Shown: piece after piece, positions 1-12,100 of the stretch
Position numbering within the stretch: the stretch's first letter is position 1
Layout of the letters: the number at the start of each line of letters is the position of its first letter
Notes under the pieces: generated by a model
The model's database searches: none
What the model saw: only the letters and a program-made list of their open reading frames with translations
What the model was told of the DNA's origin: nothing
Assembly: GCA_904063045.1 (NCBI GenBank)
Contig: CAJFCJ010000001.1
Coordinates: 2,666,001 to 2,730,000 of the forward strand
Reading direction: 5' to 3'
Origin: Dimorphilus gyrociliatus
Lineage: Eukaryota; Animalia; Annelida
DNA: 64,000 bases
Program-made: the position numbers and the translations under genes

Positions 1-754
1 TAGTCATTTGGCAGGGTTTAATTAATTTAACATTGGTTTTAAAAACGAAAAGCAGAAACCTCTACTAAACGATTTTAAAGTAAAACCAGATGCTTTAGAT
101 TTTCTCGGAAAAAAGTAGAAAACTTTTTTAAAGGTAGCTGATAATATAATCATTTGATACCAATCGTAATCTTTTACCTTTTCTAAGAAAAACTTTTTGC
201 ATAAATTTAATAATTTTCCTACAAAATCATAAAATGTCCCAAAACAATTCTATTTTTTATCTGAATGCATACTATCAAAATAATAATTTATAGTTATCTT
301 CGAAACGTGTATGTACCTTTGATAGAATGCCTCCTGACATGATGTTGATACAATTTTTAAAACCAGAAAGTGACCTTGTAAACCACGTAGCTATAGCTTC
401 AAGTTTTGAGAGGACATTTAATGTTTTAAACAATCAAGAGGCTAATAGTCTTAAAATTTAATTAACAGTGTTATAATCATTGCATTAAGTTATGGATACT
501 TACAGCAAACGAAGAACCGGGCATTCTCTACCGTAATTGATCTCTTAGAAAGCCAAATTCAGGACAACGAAATATACTTTTCATTAAAATGAAATCTGGT
601 AGCTGTTATCTTTTAACGTTTAAATATCCCTCTGCAAAGTTAATTTAATGTTAGTTTTGTTATTTTTGTAATCAAGTATTCTTTTAGAAGATTAATCTTT
701 TAAATATCCAATGGTTTAAAAGTAATTTATTATTTTAAACTTTAAGTTATATAT

Positions 755-772
755 ACAATAGGTGGCGCTATT
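755..772 (+). promoter_or_regulatory. CTCF-like motif (ACAATAGGTGGCGCTATT)
   Basis: GC-rich island in AT-rich DNA matching the CTCF core CCACYAGRKGGCRC except at its 5' end. Motif match only. Confidence 0.45.
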
Positions 773-1015
773 GTTGTCGTTCAATAAAAAAAAAACATTT
801 TACTACTTGCATATAACATTTATTCATTTTCATTTCAAAAAAAATGCACAAAGTAGATTGTACCATTAAAGTGGTCTGAACACAACGTTAACGGCAAAAT
901 GCAGCTATAATGATACAAAAACAAAAAAGTCTTCTTTTTCTTTTCTTTACGAAGAAGCACCAATTGATGAGATCCGTCCCGATATGAACATAATAAAAAA
1001 AAACAAGCATATTGC

Positions 1016-3330
1016 TTATACATCAGTCTCTGGTAAAAAGTGGTCAAATCCGTCCTTTAGCTGTTCATCCGGCATTGATGAATATTGACTATCGCTTGAC
1101 GAAGCTCTTGGCGACTTCGTTTCAGTTGCGGAACGGCTAAGCAGTTGGGTTAGTTCATCCGATTCTTCGTCCACCGACCTCTCTTCCATATATGACTGCT
1201 AGGTTATAAATAAAGAATAGAATAATTTTCTGCTTGCATGTAAAGAATAAAAAAAAAGATCGTACCCCGTAAGTAACTAGTCGTTCAATTATTTTATCAG
1301 TAGCTGATGAAATGGCGGAAAAATATGGTCTTGCATTGGGATCCTCTTTCCAACACATTGTCATAATTTCGGCAATTTCATCGCTCATGTATTTGGCTTT
1401 AGGCATTCTATAACCGTTATTTAGTAATACAAACAAGGCAGCCGGTTCATGGTCTTCGTATGGTTCGGCCCCATAGGAAAATATCTCCCATAAAACCACT
1501 CCATATGCCCAAACATCAGACATTATAGTAAACTTAAAATCAAAAAGTGTTTCTGGCGGCACCCACTTAATCGGTATTCTACCCCCAGGCCTCAAGCGGT
1601 AATACTCTGTCTCCGTTAAATCTCTTGATAGGCCGAAATCAGCTATCTTAGCTACCCCGTTAGAAGCTACTAAAACATTCCTGGCGGCTAGGTCGCGATG
1701 TATGCACTGCCTGTTGGATAAGTATTCCATACCCCTGGCAATCTGCCACGCCAAGTGTACGAGATCTTTATAATCCAGTATACCGTCGCTTCCGGCAGGC
1801 GGCGAGTGCCTTCTCAAGTACAACTGCAGATTACCGTGCTCGGCGTATTCTGTTATCAAGTACATATTTCCCTCGAAAGTTGTATAGCCAACCAGGCTAA
1901 TAATATTTATATGGCTACCGATTGTCTTCATGCGTTCAAACTCTTTCCACATGTCTATAACATCCCGGTCTGTAGCATTTTCTCTAAGTTTTTTCACAGC
2001 TACAGGTATTGAACCGTGAAGTTGACTTAAATCAGCCTTAAAGACTTGGCCAAATGCTCCCTGACCTATTAAATTACCCAAATCCATATCCTTCCATTCG
2101 TAGAAAAATTGTTCATCTTCCGGCAATTGGGCAATTGTATTTCCATAAATATGGTGAACACGACCGTCATCCTCCATTGGTACTAATCCAACTTGTATAT
2201 TATCCAGAGGAGAGCTCGTAGAATATTCGTTAAAAGCATAATTTTCGTTTGGTTTCATAACAATTAATTTCTTATGGCATCTTCTCATTTTCTTATCCAT
2301 ATGCCATATGTAAAAAACGGTAGAGCATACAATAATAATAGCGAACACAAAGCAACAAATGGAAATAACAATGATTTTCCATGTTTCGAGTGACGAATGT
2401 TTTTCTTTTTTAACCTCACGAGCCAATTTTAATCTAAAATAGACTGTTCTATCCGGATGATTACGGCTAGCTGAAGTTGTACACAGATATACGGCATCCT
2501 CTTCAGCGGAAAAGTTAAAAACAACAAGAACGGTCGATTTATTTCTTTGCTCGTACTTTCCTCTTTCAGCCGAACCGAGAAGTTTAAACTGTCTTGTGAA
2601 ATTATCGTATTTTTTCCAATACACCCTACCATTTCTGTTCGCCTCGCAATGAATAGTAACATTTTGTCCTAAATGGACAGTTTTATTGTTCGGCCTTTTT
2701 ATAATCACCGGTTTAGCTGTATCATAGAAGAAACAATTAAATAATAATTATTATAATTTCATTTTAACTATTCAATAATTTTAAATTCGCTTTTTTCTTA
2801 TCTTTTTTCAGTTATAAGAAAAGTTTATGAAAAAGTACGAAACTGTTGTTTTTGTATGTGTGTGGAAAAGATGGAAAATTCTATTCTGTAGTAATAGTTA
2901 CCGTGGAGTGGCGGGAGAATTTTTATGTAGAAATCACGCGAAGCGGTCCGGTTAAATTTATCCGTGACCTGGCAAGTATAATTTCCGGTATATTCGCTCT
3001 CAACGTTACTGATGCTTAATTGATATCCGGTCGTAGAGTATCTCTAAAATAAAAGAAAAAAGGAGAAATCGGATTTATCTTTCTTAAATAAATTCCAGGT
3101 GTGTCTGAAATCGATTTATACCATAGTATCGCAGTTGGGTTGATGACTCTTCTCCTTCGTCAGTTCAATTCTTCTCGAATTGTAGAACCAAGCAATATTA
3201 GAGACAATCCTATTGTGATTATCCTTAAATAAGCAATTAATATTTACAGTTGAACATGTTGGATAGCTGATCGAAGTATGTGGATAGTACCAAGTGAGAC
3301 AGAGTGATTTATTGCCATAAAAACATTTTT
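1016..3330 (-). CDS. FGFR-like receptor tyrosine kinase with at least two Ig domains (5' end not resolved)
   Basis: Exons 3330-3122, 3043-2902, 2716-1266 and 1198-1016 join in frame through GT-AG introns. Ig motifs (C..W, YQLSISNV..YTGNYTC), a TM helix (IIVISICCFVFAIIIVCSTVFYIW) and kinase motifs GQGAFGQV, VAVKKL, HRDLAARN, DFGLSRD, YYR and IPIKW are present. The protein ends ETDV*. No signal-peptide exon was found. Confidence 0.85.
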
Positions 3331-6124
3331 CTGTAAATGAAAAGAAAAGAAAAAAAAAAAACAAAATTAGCAGATAAATAAAAATAAATTTGTGAAAAGA
3401 AGCAAATCAATTATCTAGTATATTAAATTCCCGGGATAGATTGTAAGCGGGGTATATACACGTGCCGAGCAGCTGCCCCGGAAAACAATTTTTACACGCG
3501 AGTTAAACGCAATAAATCTAGCAGTATAAACAAGTGAGTGGGGTGTAGGATGCTGCCTGCGGGATGTTTCGCCTAATCAAAGCTCGTAAAAAGAGATAAA
3601 AACGAGATCGGCCTACTTCCTATGAAAAGATTTTTTTGTATATATTTATAAATATTTGATATATTTAAATAAGAAGAAAGAGAAAGAGGTAGATTATTAA
3701 CCTCTTTTTTTTATTATTATTATCTTAAAGTACTTACCACCAATTCTAATTATATATCTACAAATTGTCCTTCCAACTTGATTTTTTGCCTTCTTAACAT
3801 CTCTAAATTCAATTATAGTACCATTTAATGAAAGACGTGAAAATTCCTTCCTTATTTTTAATTTGTTAAAGCTAGATGTATCTTTAAGAACAATCAAGTT
3901 TTCCCTTTTCTGTCTTCTTTCAGTTAATTTTTCAAACCTTTCACTTTTAGGTTTTTTAAAGAACCAAACAGAGTCTCTTGAATTTGAATGTCTACATTTT
4001 AAAGTTCTATTCCGGTTGAGTTGTAAATCAATAACTTTATCTGAAATTTGATAAGAAAGAAAAAGTTAATGAAAATTACTTTTTAATGATTTAGAGCAAT
4101 TAGGTAAATTTAGTTATAAAACAGATATAAACATACAACACTACCCGTACCAAGTTCGATAAATAAGTTAATAATGATGTAACAAGATGCTTATCAGAAC
4201 AACAGGAAACCGTTTATCTTTAAAATTTTCACTCTTATCAGATAAAATTGAGCTTAAGAGGGACATATTTAAATATATATAAACCAAAATAGAAATAAAA
4301 TATTAGTATTTCATATCGAATTGCTAAATTATTCGTAGTTTGTTGCTTGTTTACGAAAGGATATTACGGCGTACCGCAGAATATAAAGGAATTTTTTCCC
4401 TTGCAGTTTCTCTTTCGACGTACTGCAAAGTTATTTCAAGTAGAAATTTCTAGAATTACCGTCTACGGCCGGCGCCAGTTGGCAGATTGTTAAGCAGATT
4501 AGCAGAAGTAGACTTTTCATTACATTTCCTTCTTCTTTTCAACCACTTCCTCTAGTCAAGTTGTGTAAATAGTCTGGGCGTCGTTGACGGAAAAAAGAGA
4601 CCTGTTGTTTCAAATTATTCAGCTATAGTAAAAAGTTAGAGATAATTGAAGGAGAGAAAGTTAATCCTCTCTTCCTTTTCTTGTAAGAAAACTAAATCGG
4701 ATTAACGATTTTATCCGTTTTACGCGGTATCTGAACGATAGGAAGTTTTACGTCAATCAAAAAGAGCGTAAACTTTTTTTAAAACCTTTAAGAAAGCATT
4801 CAAATTTTACTTACGATTGTTATTTTGTAGCTTATTCCGCCGAGTTCCGATAAGGAAGGCGTAGATAAAGCAGCTGTGTTTCACAGCGAATGCTCATAGA
4901 CCTTGGCATATCGAATCGAAATTTAATCGATGTTTTAAAAATTATCGATTTTACTAACTTTTCGATTTAGGCGATAATCAGTCCAAAAATAGTTTTATCC
5001 TTATTAAATAGTGTATTTGTAGTCACCGGAAGGTTTTTCCATATTAAAAGTCGATTAGAAAGTGAGAATTATAGAACCTGGTTACGTAAGGTCATAAGAA
5101 TGAATCAAAAAGCTGTGACTCGATCTTAACCCCCCTAAGTCAGCCAAGCTTTTGGCACATAGCCGGTACGTATCAACAAAGATGGCGGTACCTTGGCGCC
5201 AAATATAAAAAACAAAAATCTTCTTTTGGATTCTTCTCCTATGTTAGCTTCTTATACTTTAGTGAATTTTACATATATGAAAATTTTAATCTTGCTAATA
5301 AATTTAAAAACTAGATATTCTATTTTAACGTAATAAATGTCAATCAACTTATCTATATAACATTGACAAATATAGATAAATAATGAAAAGGAAATGCAAA
5401 AGCGCTTGACTAACAATTACTTCCTGTCAAATATGGTCAATTAATTGAACAAAAGATTACTAAAAGAAAAACATGTAAGGGAAGTCATATAAAAAAAATT
5501 ATTCAAAAAAGACAATAGAAGACATAAAATCCCTAAACAAATGTTCTAGTTTAGTCAGTATCTCTTATCATTTTTATTTTTTTTCACATGACCTTATATC
5601 ATTTCTTATAGAAATAATAATATAAACACTTTTCTAATTTTTCTGTTGGTGCAATTTAGTCATTCGTGCAAATATGCTTTAACAATAAGAAATTTAATAC
5701 TACTTTCTTCTGATTGGATACTTCTCATTATTATCATTTCACTACTATTTTATACAAATATCATTCCCCTTTCACTATCTCTTTTCATCCGATTAAATGT
5801 CTCCCTCTCTCTCCCCTCTCTCCCCCCCTTAAAGCTAAACTATTCAAAAACCATAATATACTTTCATTTTGAAAAGAAACATTGAAAATCTAATGGCATA
5901 ACAACAATTTAACCTTAAACTGAGTTAAAATTTTGAATTGTTACCTATTAAAATCAATTCAATGCCTACCTGACACCATAAAATTTAATATCAGTCAAAA
6001 AAAGAAATTTATGTAAACCTATAAAAAAAGAAAAAAAAAAAGCCCAATTCTCTATTTTACGTTTATCAAAAAAGGTTGAACCCGTAGTTATTAAGTGCAG
6101 GGAAGAAAGTGCTGCATAATCTAT

Positions 6125-6158
6125 TTATATATATACTAATATATATATATATATATAT
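6125..6158. repeat. (TA)n microsatellite
   Basis: Interrupted TA dinucleotide run seen directly. Confidence 0.85.
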
Positions 6159-6302
6159 TCTGTTTAATAAAATATTAATCATACTTATGTGATCAATTTT
6201 GAGCATTGTCTTAAGGCTGTATTAATATAATTGAGTAAATATTTTAGTCATTTAATCACTTAGCGATATGTTTTCCATAAATTTGGAAAGTATAGTAATA
6301 GG

Positions 6303-8567
6303 TTAGTAGCAATTTCTTAAAATGAAACTTAATGTTGACTGTCCACTTGCGGGGAGTATGCAAGTAATATCAATGTTCTTTTGAAGTTTTGAATATATAG
6401 AAACAATCACTTTTTCATTTGGACTTCCTCTTATATCAAGTCGAAAATCCTCGCTGCTTATTCGAATGTTTGAAAATCTTTTTGCTGACATAGGAACAAA
6501 TTTCGCTGTTTCTCCAATGAGTATTAATTCATCACCATTAAACTTAAATATAGGAGATGTATGGTAGAGACAAAAATTGGCTTTTGTGCAAGTATAATCA
6601 ACAGAGATTGGATAGTCTTTTGAAAAGATATTTAGGGTGGAATGTTTGCCGTCTAACCAATAAACGCCGTCGTCAGCGTCAACCATATCGGTAGTAATTT
6701 GATAATGACTATCGTTTGGTACATCGGCTGCTAGTACAATACCAAATCTATATTTGGAGACAATTGAGTGTGTCGCTGTTACTTCTCCTGCCTTACCGGG
6801 CCTAAAAGCTGACCTAACGAATTGCTCATCAACTGAAAGAGCCGGTTTACATGGAGATAATATAAGACCGTCAGCATTGCAAGTTCTCAAAAGAAGTGAA
6901 ACATTAGACATTCCAACACCATCTCCAGGAGCGACTTGCGACATACTCAATGTTGACACAACAGCGTGCAAAGCCGGATACGGCTCTTTTTTCTTAAAAG
7001 GATTTCCGGGCTGGATTGTTTGACTGAAAAAGTTATCTTTATTTGGAAAGACACCAACATTCCAAGCAAAATGAGACGTCAGTCCGATTCTCCATTGTTC
7101 GGCAAGCAAGTAATCCGTACTCACTCGAACATTGGTTATACTTTTCAGTTCAAGTACCTGTAGTGCGGTCCGACAAGGTGTCATGCAAAGTTGAGTTGGC
7201 AAGCCGTAAAATTGGAGAGCTTCGTCCAATTGCAGTAGCCAAGTTCTCGCTGCCGTAATATTCTCTTTCGTGAAGCTCATTTTATCAAATTGAAGAGTGA
7301 GCCAATCTTGCAAATACATTCTCAAACCCCATTGAGTGGCATTATAGAAAAAATCTTTCCAAAATGTTTCATCTTGAGGTAAAGCTATATCCTTGTCTCT
7401 TTCGACGACAAAGTTATATTTACCACCGTTTTGCTTTGCATAGACATTATTTGCTGAGAACCATCGATTATGAGCAAAGTATTGCCAGTTAGTTTTCTTT
7501 GAAAATTCAAGTAATCCAGAAGGAAAATAGCCTGGTTGAGGAATCCAATTTACGACACCTTGCCTTCCGTCGGACTTATAATACCACCAACTATCGATTT
7601 GTAAGTATCTATAAGGAATACCGGCCTTTTGAGAGTATTTATACACTTCATATAAACTTTCTTCGTAAGTTTTATTCTTCAGGGTATTATAATAGAAATA
7701 TGCACCATTATCCGTCCAATAGCCTAGATAATCATTTTGGAAACTTGGGCCTGGTTTTCTTGCTTTTCCATATAGGCCTCGTAAATTATCTCCCCAAATA
7801 CGTAAAGCTTTTCCAGGTCCATCAGCAAAGACCATTATCACAGAAGAAGAAAAATGAGCTGGAATGTCTTTTATGCTCCCTAAAATGCCCCATGAAACAG
7901 TTCCCTGTCCATTTGAATTTAAATTGTAGCTGGCTGAGGTAACCATAAATTGTGACGAATGTGACAGAACAATAGTATCACCTCGCTTGTTCATTAGAAG
8001 TAGTGGACCGCTGTCAAGTCCAGAAGCAATTCGCTTTGTATCATTAGTGCCCCATAGACCAAATTTTTTTCCATCATCTCCGAATGAATCCATTCCCCAG
8101 GCAAAAAAGCCTAATTCTTCTTCAGCAGATTTGTCAACTTTAAAAGATGGCCATGTTGAAGCAACACCATTTGATCCAAAAGCATTTGAATTCTTAGCTC
8201 CATCAGGGAAAGTTTGCTGAAACTGGTACACGCCCCCTCCGTAATCTTTAATAGAAGTTATCCAATGTAAACCTGTTTTCGTCTTCCAAGCGCATTCTTT
8301 CCCTTTGAATTTTCCAATTGCATCTTGACCATTGAAATTCGATGCCCCAACAAATGCTAAAGATGAATTTGTTGTTGAAAACACTGTGGAATTATGTGAA
8401 ATCCACAAATCTTTTGAGCTTTCAAGCCATAATTTTTTGCCAATTGTAACAGCAAATGAGCATTCAAGATTTACTTGAGTGATTTCAATTTTTGATAAAT
8501 TGCCATATGTTTGATCCACAAACAAAAATAAAAAAAGTATAAAAAGGTGTATTTTCTTCGTCGCCAT
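6303..8567 (-). CDS. Intronless secreted glycoside-hydrolase-like protein, clan GH-D (GH36/raffinose synthase-like TIM barrel)
   Basis: Single ORF of about 754 aa from ATG 8567 with a signal peptide (MATKKIHLFILFLFLFVDQTYG). Motifs YLQIDSWWY, FPSGL, AHNRWF, YLQDWL, QLCM, RVSTDY and PNKDNFFS occur in the same order as GH36/Sip1 motifs (IDDGW, KVD, CM, RASDDF, PDWDMF). Confidence 0.7.
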   Translation of the reverse strand: MATKKIHLFILFLFLFVDQTYGNLSKIEITQVNLECSFAVTIGKKLWLESSKDLWISHNSTVFSTTNSSLAFVGASNFNGQDAIGKFKGKECAWKTKTGLHWITSIKDYGGGVYQFQQTFPDGAKNSNAFGSNGVASTWPSFKVDKSAEEELGFFAWGMDSFGDDGKKFGLWGTNDTKRIASGLDSGPLLLMNKRGDTIVLSHSSQFMVTSASYNLNSNGQGTVSWGILGSIKDIPAHFSSSVIMVFADGPGKALRIWGDNLRGLYGKARKPGPSFQNDYLGYWTDNGAYFYYNTLKNKTYEESLYEVYKYSQKAGIPYRYLQIDSWWYYKSDGRQGVVNWIPQPGYFPSGLLEFSKKTNWQYFAHNRWFSANNVYAKQNGGKYNFVVERDKDIALPQDETFWKDFFYNATQWGLRMYLQDWLTLQFDKMSFTKENITAARTWLLQLDEALQFYGLPTQLCMTPCRTALQVLELKSITNVRVSTDYLLAEQWRIGLTSHFAWNVGVFPNKDNFFSQTIQPGNPFKKKEPYPALHAVVSTLSMSQVAPGDGVGMSNVSLLLRTCNADGLILSPCKPALSVDEQFVRSAFRPGKAGEVTATHSIVSKYRFGIVLAADVPNDSHYQITTDMVDADDGVYWLDGKHSTLNIFSKDYPISVDYTCTKANFCLYHTSPIFKFNGDELILIGETAKFVPMSAKRFSNIRISSEDFRLDIRGSPNEKVIVSIYSKLQKNIDITCILPASGQSTLSFILRNCY

Positions 8568-8592
8568 GTTACTTGTCATATGACACCTATCT

Positions 8593-8602
8593 ATCACGTG
8601 AC
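8593..8602. promoter_or_regulatory. CLEAR-like E-box ATCACGTGAC in the GH/STT3B divergent promoter
   Basis: 9/10 match to GTCACGTGAC, about 26 bp upstream of the hydrolase ATG. Motif match only. Confidence 0.35.
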
Positions 8603-9182
8603 AAGACTAAAATTATAACGTGGCGAGAATTAAGTTGATAAATAGATTTAACATGGCGTATCCAGAAAAATATTGAAAGTTTTAGTTTTAGTATTAATGC
8701 AAAAGTTTATAAAAGTTTGCATTGTTCGGAGAAAAATTTTACTGACATTTAGGGACATAAATCGTAAAATTTTTTGTGTACTTCTGTTTTTACAATTATC
8801 TTTTCTTAAAAGTTTCATAAAAACGCATACAAGTTATTTTCTGTTTTCAATTCAGCTAAACTTTTATAATGCATTGTTAAAAGTACCGTTTCATAAAAGT
8901 AACAGATTAATATAGATAAAGAAAATGAAATAAAGAACTATTTTTAAAGTTTTTTTCGATCTTTAAATAAATGGTTTATGTGATTTTGATATTTAAAAAG
9001 TTTGCAATATCTACACCGTTATTAAAAATACTAAAGAAAAATATAAGAATATCAAGAATTTACTGAAAATTAGTGCACTAAAAGTAAAATTTTGTTTTTT
9101 ACGTATAATCGCCATTTTTAAATTTTGTGGTTGTATGATGTCGTAGCTAAAGTGTACCCTACACAGCCAAATCATTTTCAAA

Positions 9183-12100
9183 ATGGCTGACGCCGGGAAT
9201 ATTCGTTCGGCTTTAGCTAACCCAACGGGCTGGCAAAGTCTGATCATTTTCACTGTTCTAACTTTAGCTTGGTTGACTGGCTTTAGCTCTAGATTATTTG
9301 CAGTAATTCGATTTGAGAGTATTATTCACGAGTTTGATCCATGGTACATTGTCTGTTTCAACGTTTTATTGTCATTGTCATGTCTGTTTTCTTGCAGGTT
9401 CAATTATAGATCAACTCATTATATGGTTGAACATGGCTTTTATAATTTTCTTAACTGGTTTGACGAAAGAGCATGGTATCCTCTCGGAAGGATCGTCGGG
9501 GGAACTGTAAGTACATTTTGGAAATTCTTTTCATGCATTAATATTCAAATATAAATTCAGGTATACCCCGGCTTGATGGTTACATCAGGATGCATTCATT
9601 GGATACTATCATTTTTGCATATAACTGTGCATATTAGAGACATATGTGTATTTTTAGCACCTGTTTTTAGGTAAATATAGAAAAAATTCTTTAAAATATT
9701 CACTGTCAAATTTTATACTTTATGTAGAATATTTCTATTAAAATTACATTTTTTCTCTTTGTAGTGGACTCACTGCCCTATCCACCTATTTTCTTACCAA
9801 AGAATTATGGAATCCGGGAGCTGGCCTTTTCGCTGCTTGCTTCATAGCGATAGGTATATGCAGTTAGTTTCCTTCATTGATTTTCTTTAACGTCTTCAAT
9901 TTATATTCAGTTCCTGGTTATATTAGTCGTTCTGTGGCTGGTAGTTACGATAATGAGGGAATCGCTATATTTGCCCTTATGTTCACTTACTATTTATGGG
10001 TAATTATATTAATCTATATATTAGCAATTATTTTCAACAATATTTAAAATTAATATAGCATAGAATCTTTACGAAAACTTTTAGAATGTAAATATTTAGT
10101 CCTACTATTCAATTCCTTCTTTTTATTTTTTTTTTAGATAAAATCGGTTAAAAGTGGCAGTTTATACTGGAGTGCTTTTACTGCTTTGGCTTATTTTTAT
10201 ATGGTAAATTTAATCAATTATATTTTATTGTCGAATTTTTATTTACTAGAAAAGATATTAATAATTTGTTTGTTTATTTTAGGTTTCAGCATGGGGTGGC
10301 TATGTATTTATTATTAATCTCATCCCGTTGCACGTATTCGTTTTGTTGTTAATGAATAGGTATTCTCACAGAGTTTATGTTGGTTAGTAAATAATCAAAT
10401 TTTATTAAGGGTTATAATCTAATATATTACATAATTTTTTTTAGCATATTCAACCTTTTATACTGTGGGATTAATTTTATCTATGCAAATTCCTTTTGTT
10501 GGTTTCCAACCTATTCGCACAAGTGAACATATGGCTGCTGCAGGTATGGAAAGATATCTATTTAAATTAGCTTTTAGCTAATGATCATTGGTTTTAATTT
10601 ATTTCTAGGTGTTTTTGCTTTAATCAATGCATACGCATGTTTAAAGTATTTGCAAAGTATCTTGTCGGCAAAAGCGTTGAAACAATTCTTCATAATTTCC
10701 GTTGCTGTAACAGCAGTTGTTGTATTCATTGCCGTTGTTGGTTTAACTTATCTAGGTTTGTCTATACTTTTATTAGAAAGCATTATGCGTATAAAATTTA
10801 TTATTATTTTAAGGTTACATTGCACCCTGGTCTGGTAGATTCTACTCTTTGTGGGACACTGGCTATGCTAAAATTCACATTCCAATTATTGCATCCGTCT
10901 CTGAACATCAACCAACAACCTGGGTTTCATTCTTTTTCGATCTTCATATTCTGATCGCAACTTTCCCAGCTGGAGTTTGGTTTTGTATAAAAGACATAAA
11001 TGATGAAAGAGTTTTCAGTTAGTTTTTCTATTTTTCATATCTTTTGAGTTATAGCTAATACTTTTCATCTATATTTTCAGTTGTTTTATATGCCATATCA
11101 GCTGTATATTTTGCTGGTGTAATGGTTCGACTAATGCTGACACTTACCCCAGTAGTTTGTGTTTTATCAGCTATTGCTTTTTCGCAAGTACTATCGTGAG
11201 TAGAATTAATTCAAAATTAAAAGCACTTTCTTGTAATATGGGTTTCATTTTATATTCCTCTTCAGAATCTATCTAAAAGACGACACTAAAACTGAACAAT
11301 CTGCTTCTGAAAGTCAACCTAGGGATAACACCGAAAAACTTTACGATAAGGTAATTCATGATTGAGCTTTAAAATTGCTTTTCCTCTTCAAAGAAAGATT
11401 ATTTATAATAATATAAGGTGAACACTGGACCGTCAAATGGTTCCTCGGCGCGAAATCGAGGCAAAAAAATGGCTAAACAAGCAGTTACAGGTGGACAAAG
11501 CCATCAGGTTCATAGATAAACATATGCGTTGTTTTATAAAGTTTTTGTTTCGCTATATAGAAAGGTTGTTTTGAATGTTAGTTTAACTTATATGAAGAAA
11601 GCTTGCATGGAAAATTTTTCCTTATAGGCAGATATGTGTAGTTTTTTACCCTCCTGACTGACCCAATTTCCTACCTTTCCAAACTATTCACTTCGAATGA
11701 AATAGGATATTTTTGAATATTGTATGCACAAATATACGTTTAAATAACAATATTTTATAAAATTTTCCTCATTTAGAAAACAATCTCTCCTCTAGTATTG
11801 AGAGTGAGAATGAAATAAAAAGCATTTTCCTGTTACAAACGTTAATAAAAATGCATCTTGATGTCGTTGTTATCTCGCATAAATACACTAGTATTGTTGA
11901 CGTATGCTTCTATTGTTCTCCTTAATGATTCAAGATTTTTTACAGCCATCAAAAGTACTCAAAAAGTCTCAAGCTCCTTCGGATGAAATTGAAGGTGACG
12001 GTGAAGGAATCGGAATGAATATTAAGTCAATTGTAGTTGTTCTCATGATGATGATGCTTATGTTGTTTGCCGTTCATTGTACCTGGGTAACAAGCAACGC

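Noticed and set aside
294-461. Possible plus-strand terminal exon (LSSKRVCTFDRMPPDMM...SLKI*), or a minus-strand start MSGGILSK with a GTACAT donor
   Set aside because: I could not link either reading to other exons or to a recognisable protein, and the window edge prevents resolution.
3400-6100. GC-richer patches upstream of the RTK and short ORFs 3697-4051 and 5646-5885
   Set aside because: No consistent exon chain or signal peptide could be built. The ORFs are low-complexity products of AT-rich DNA.
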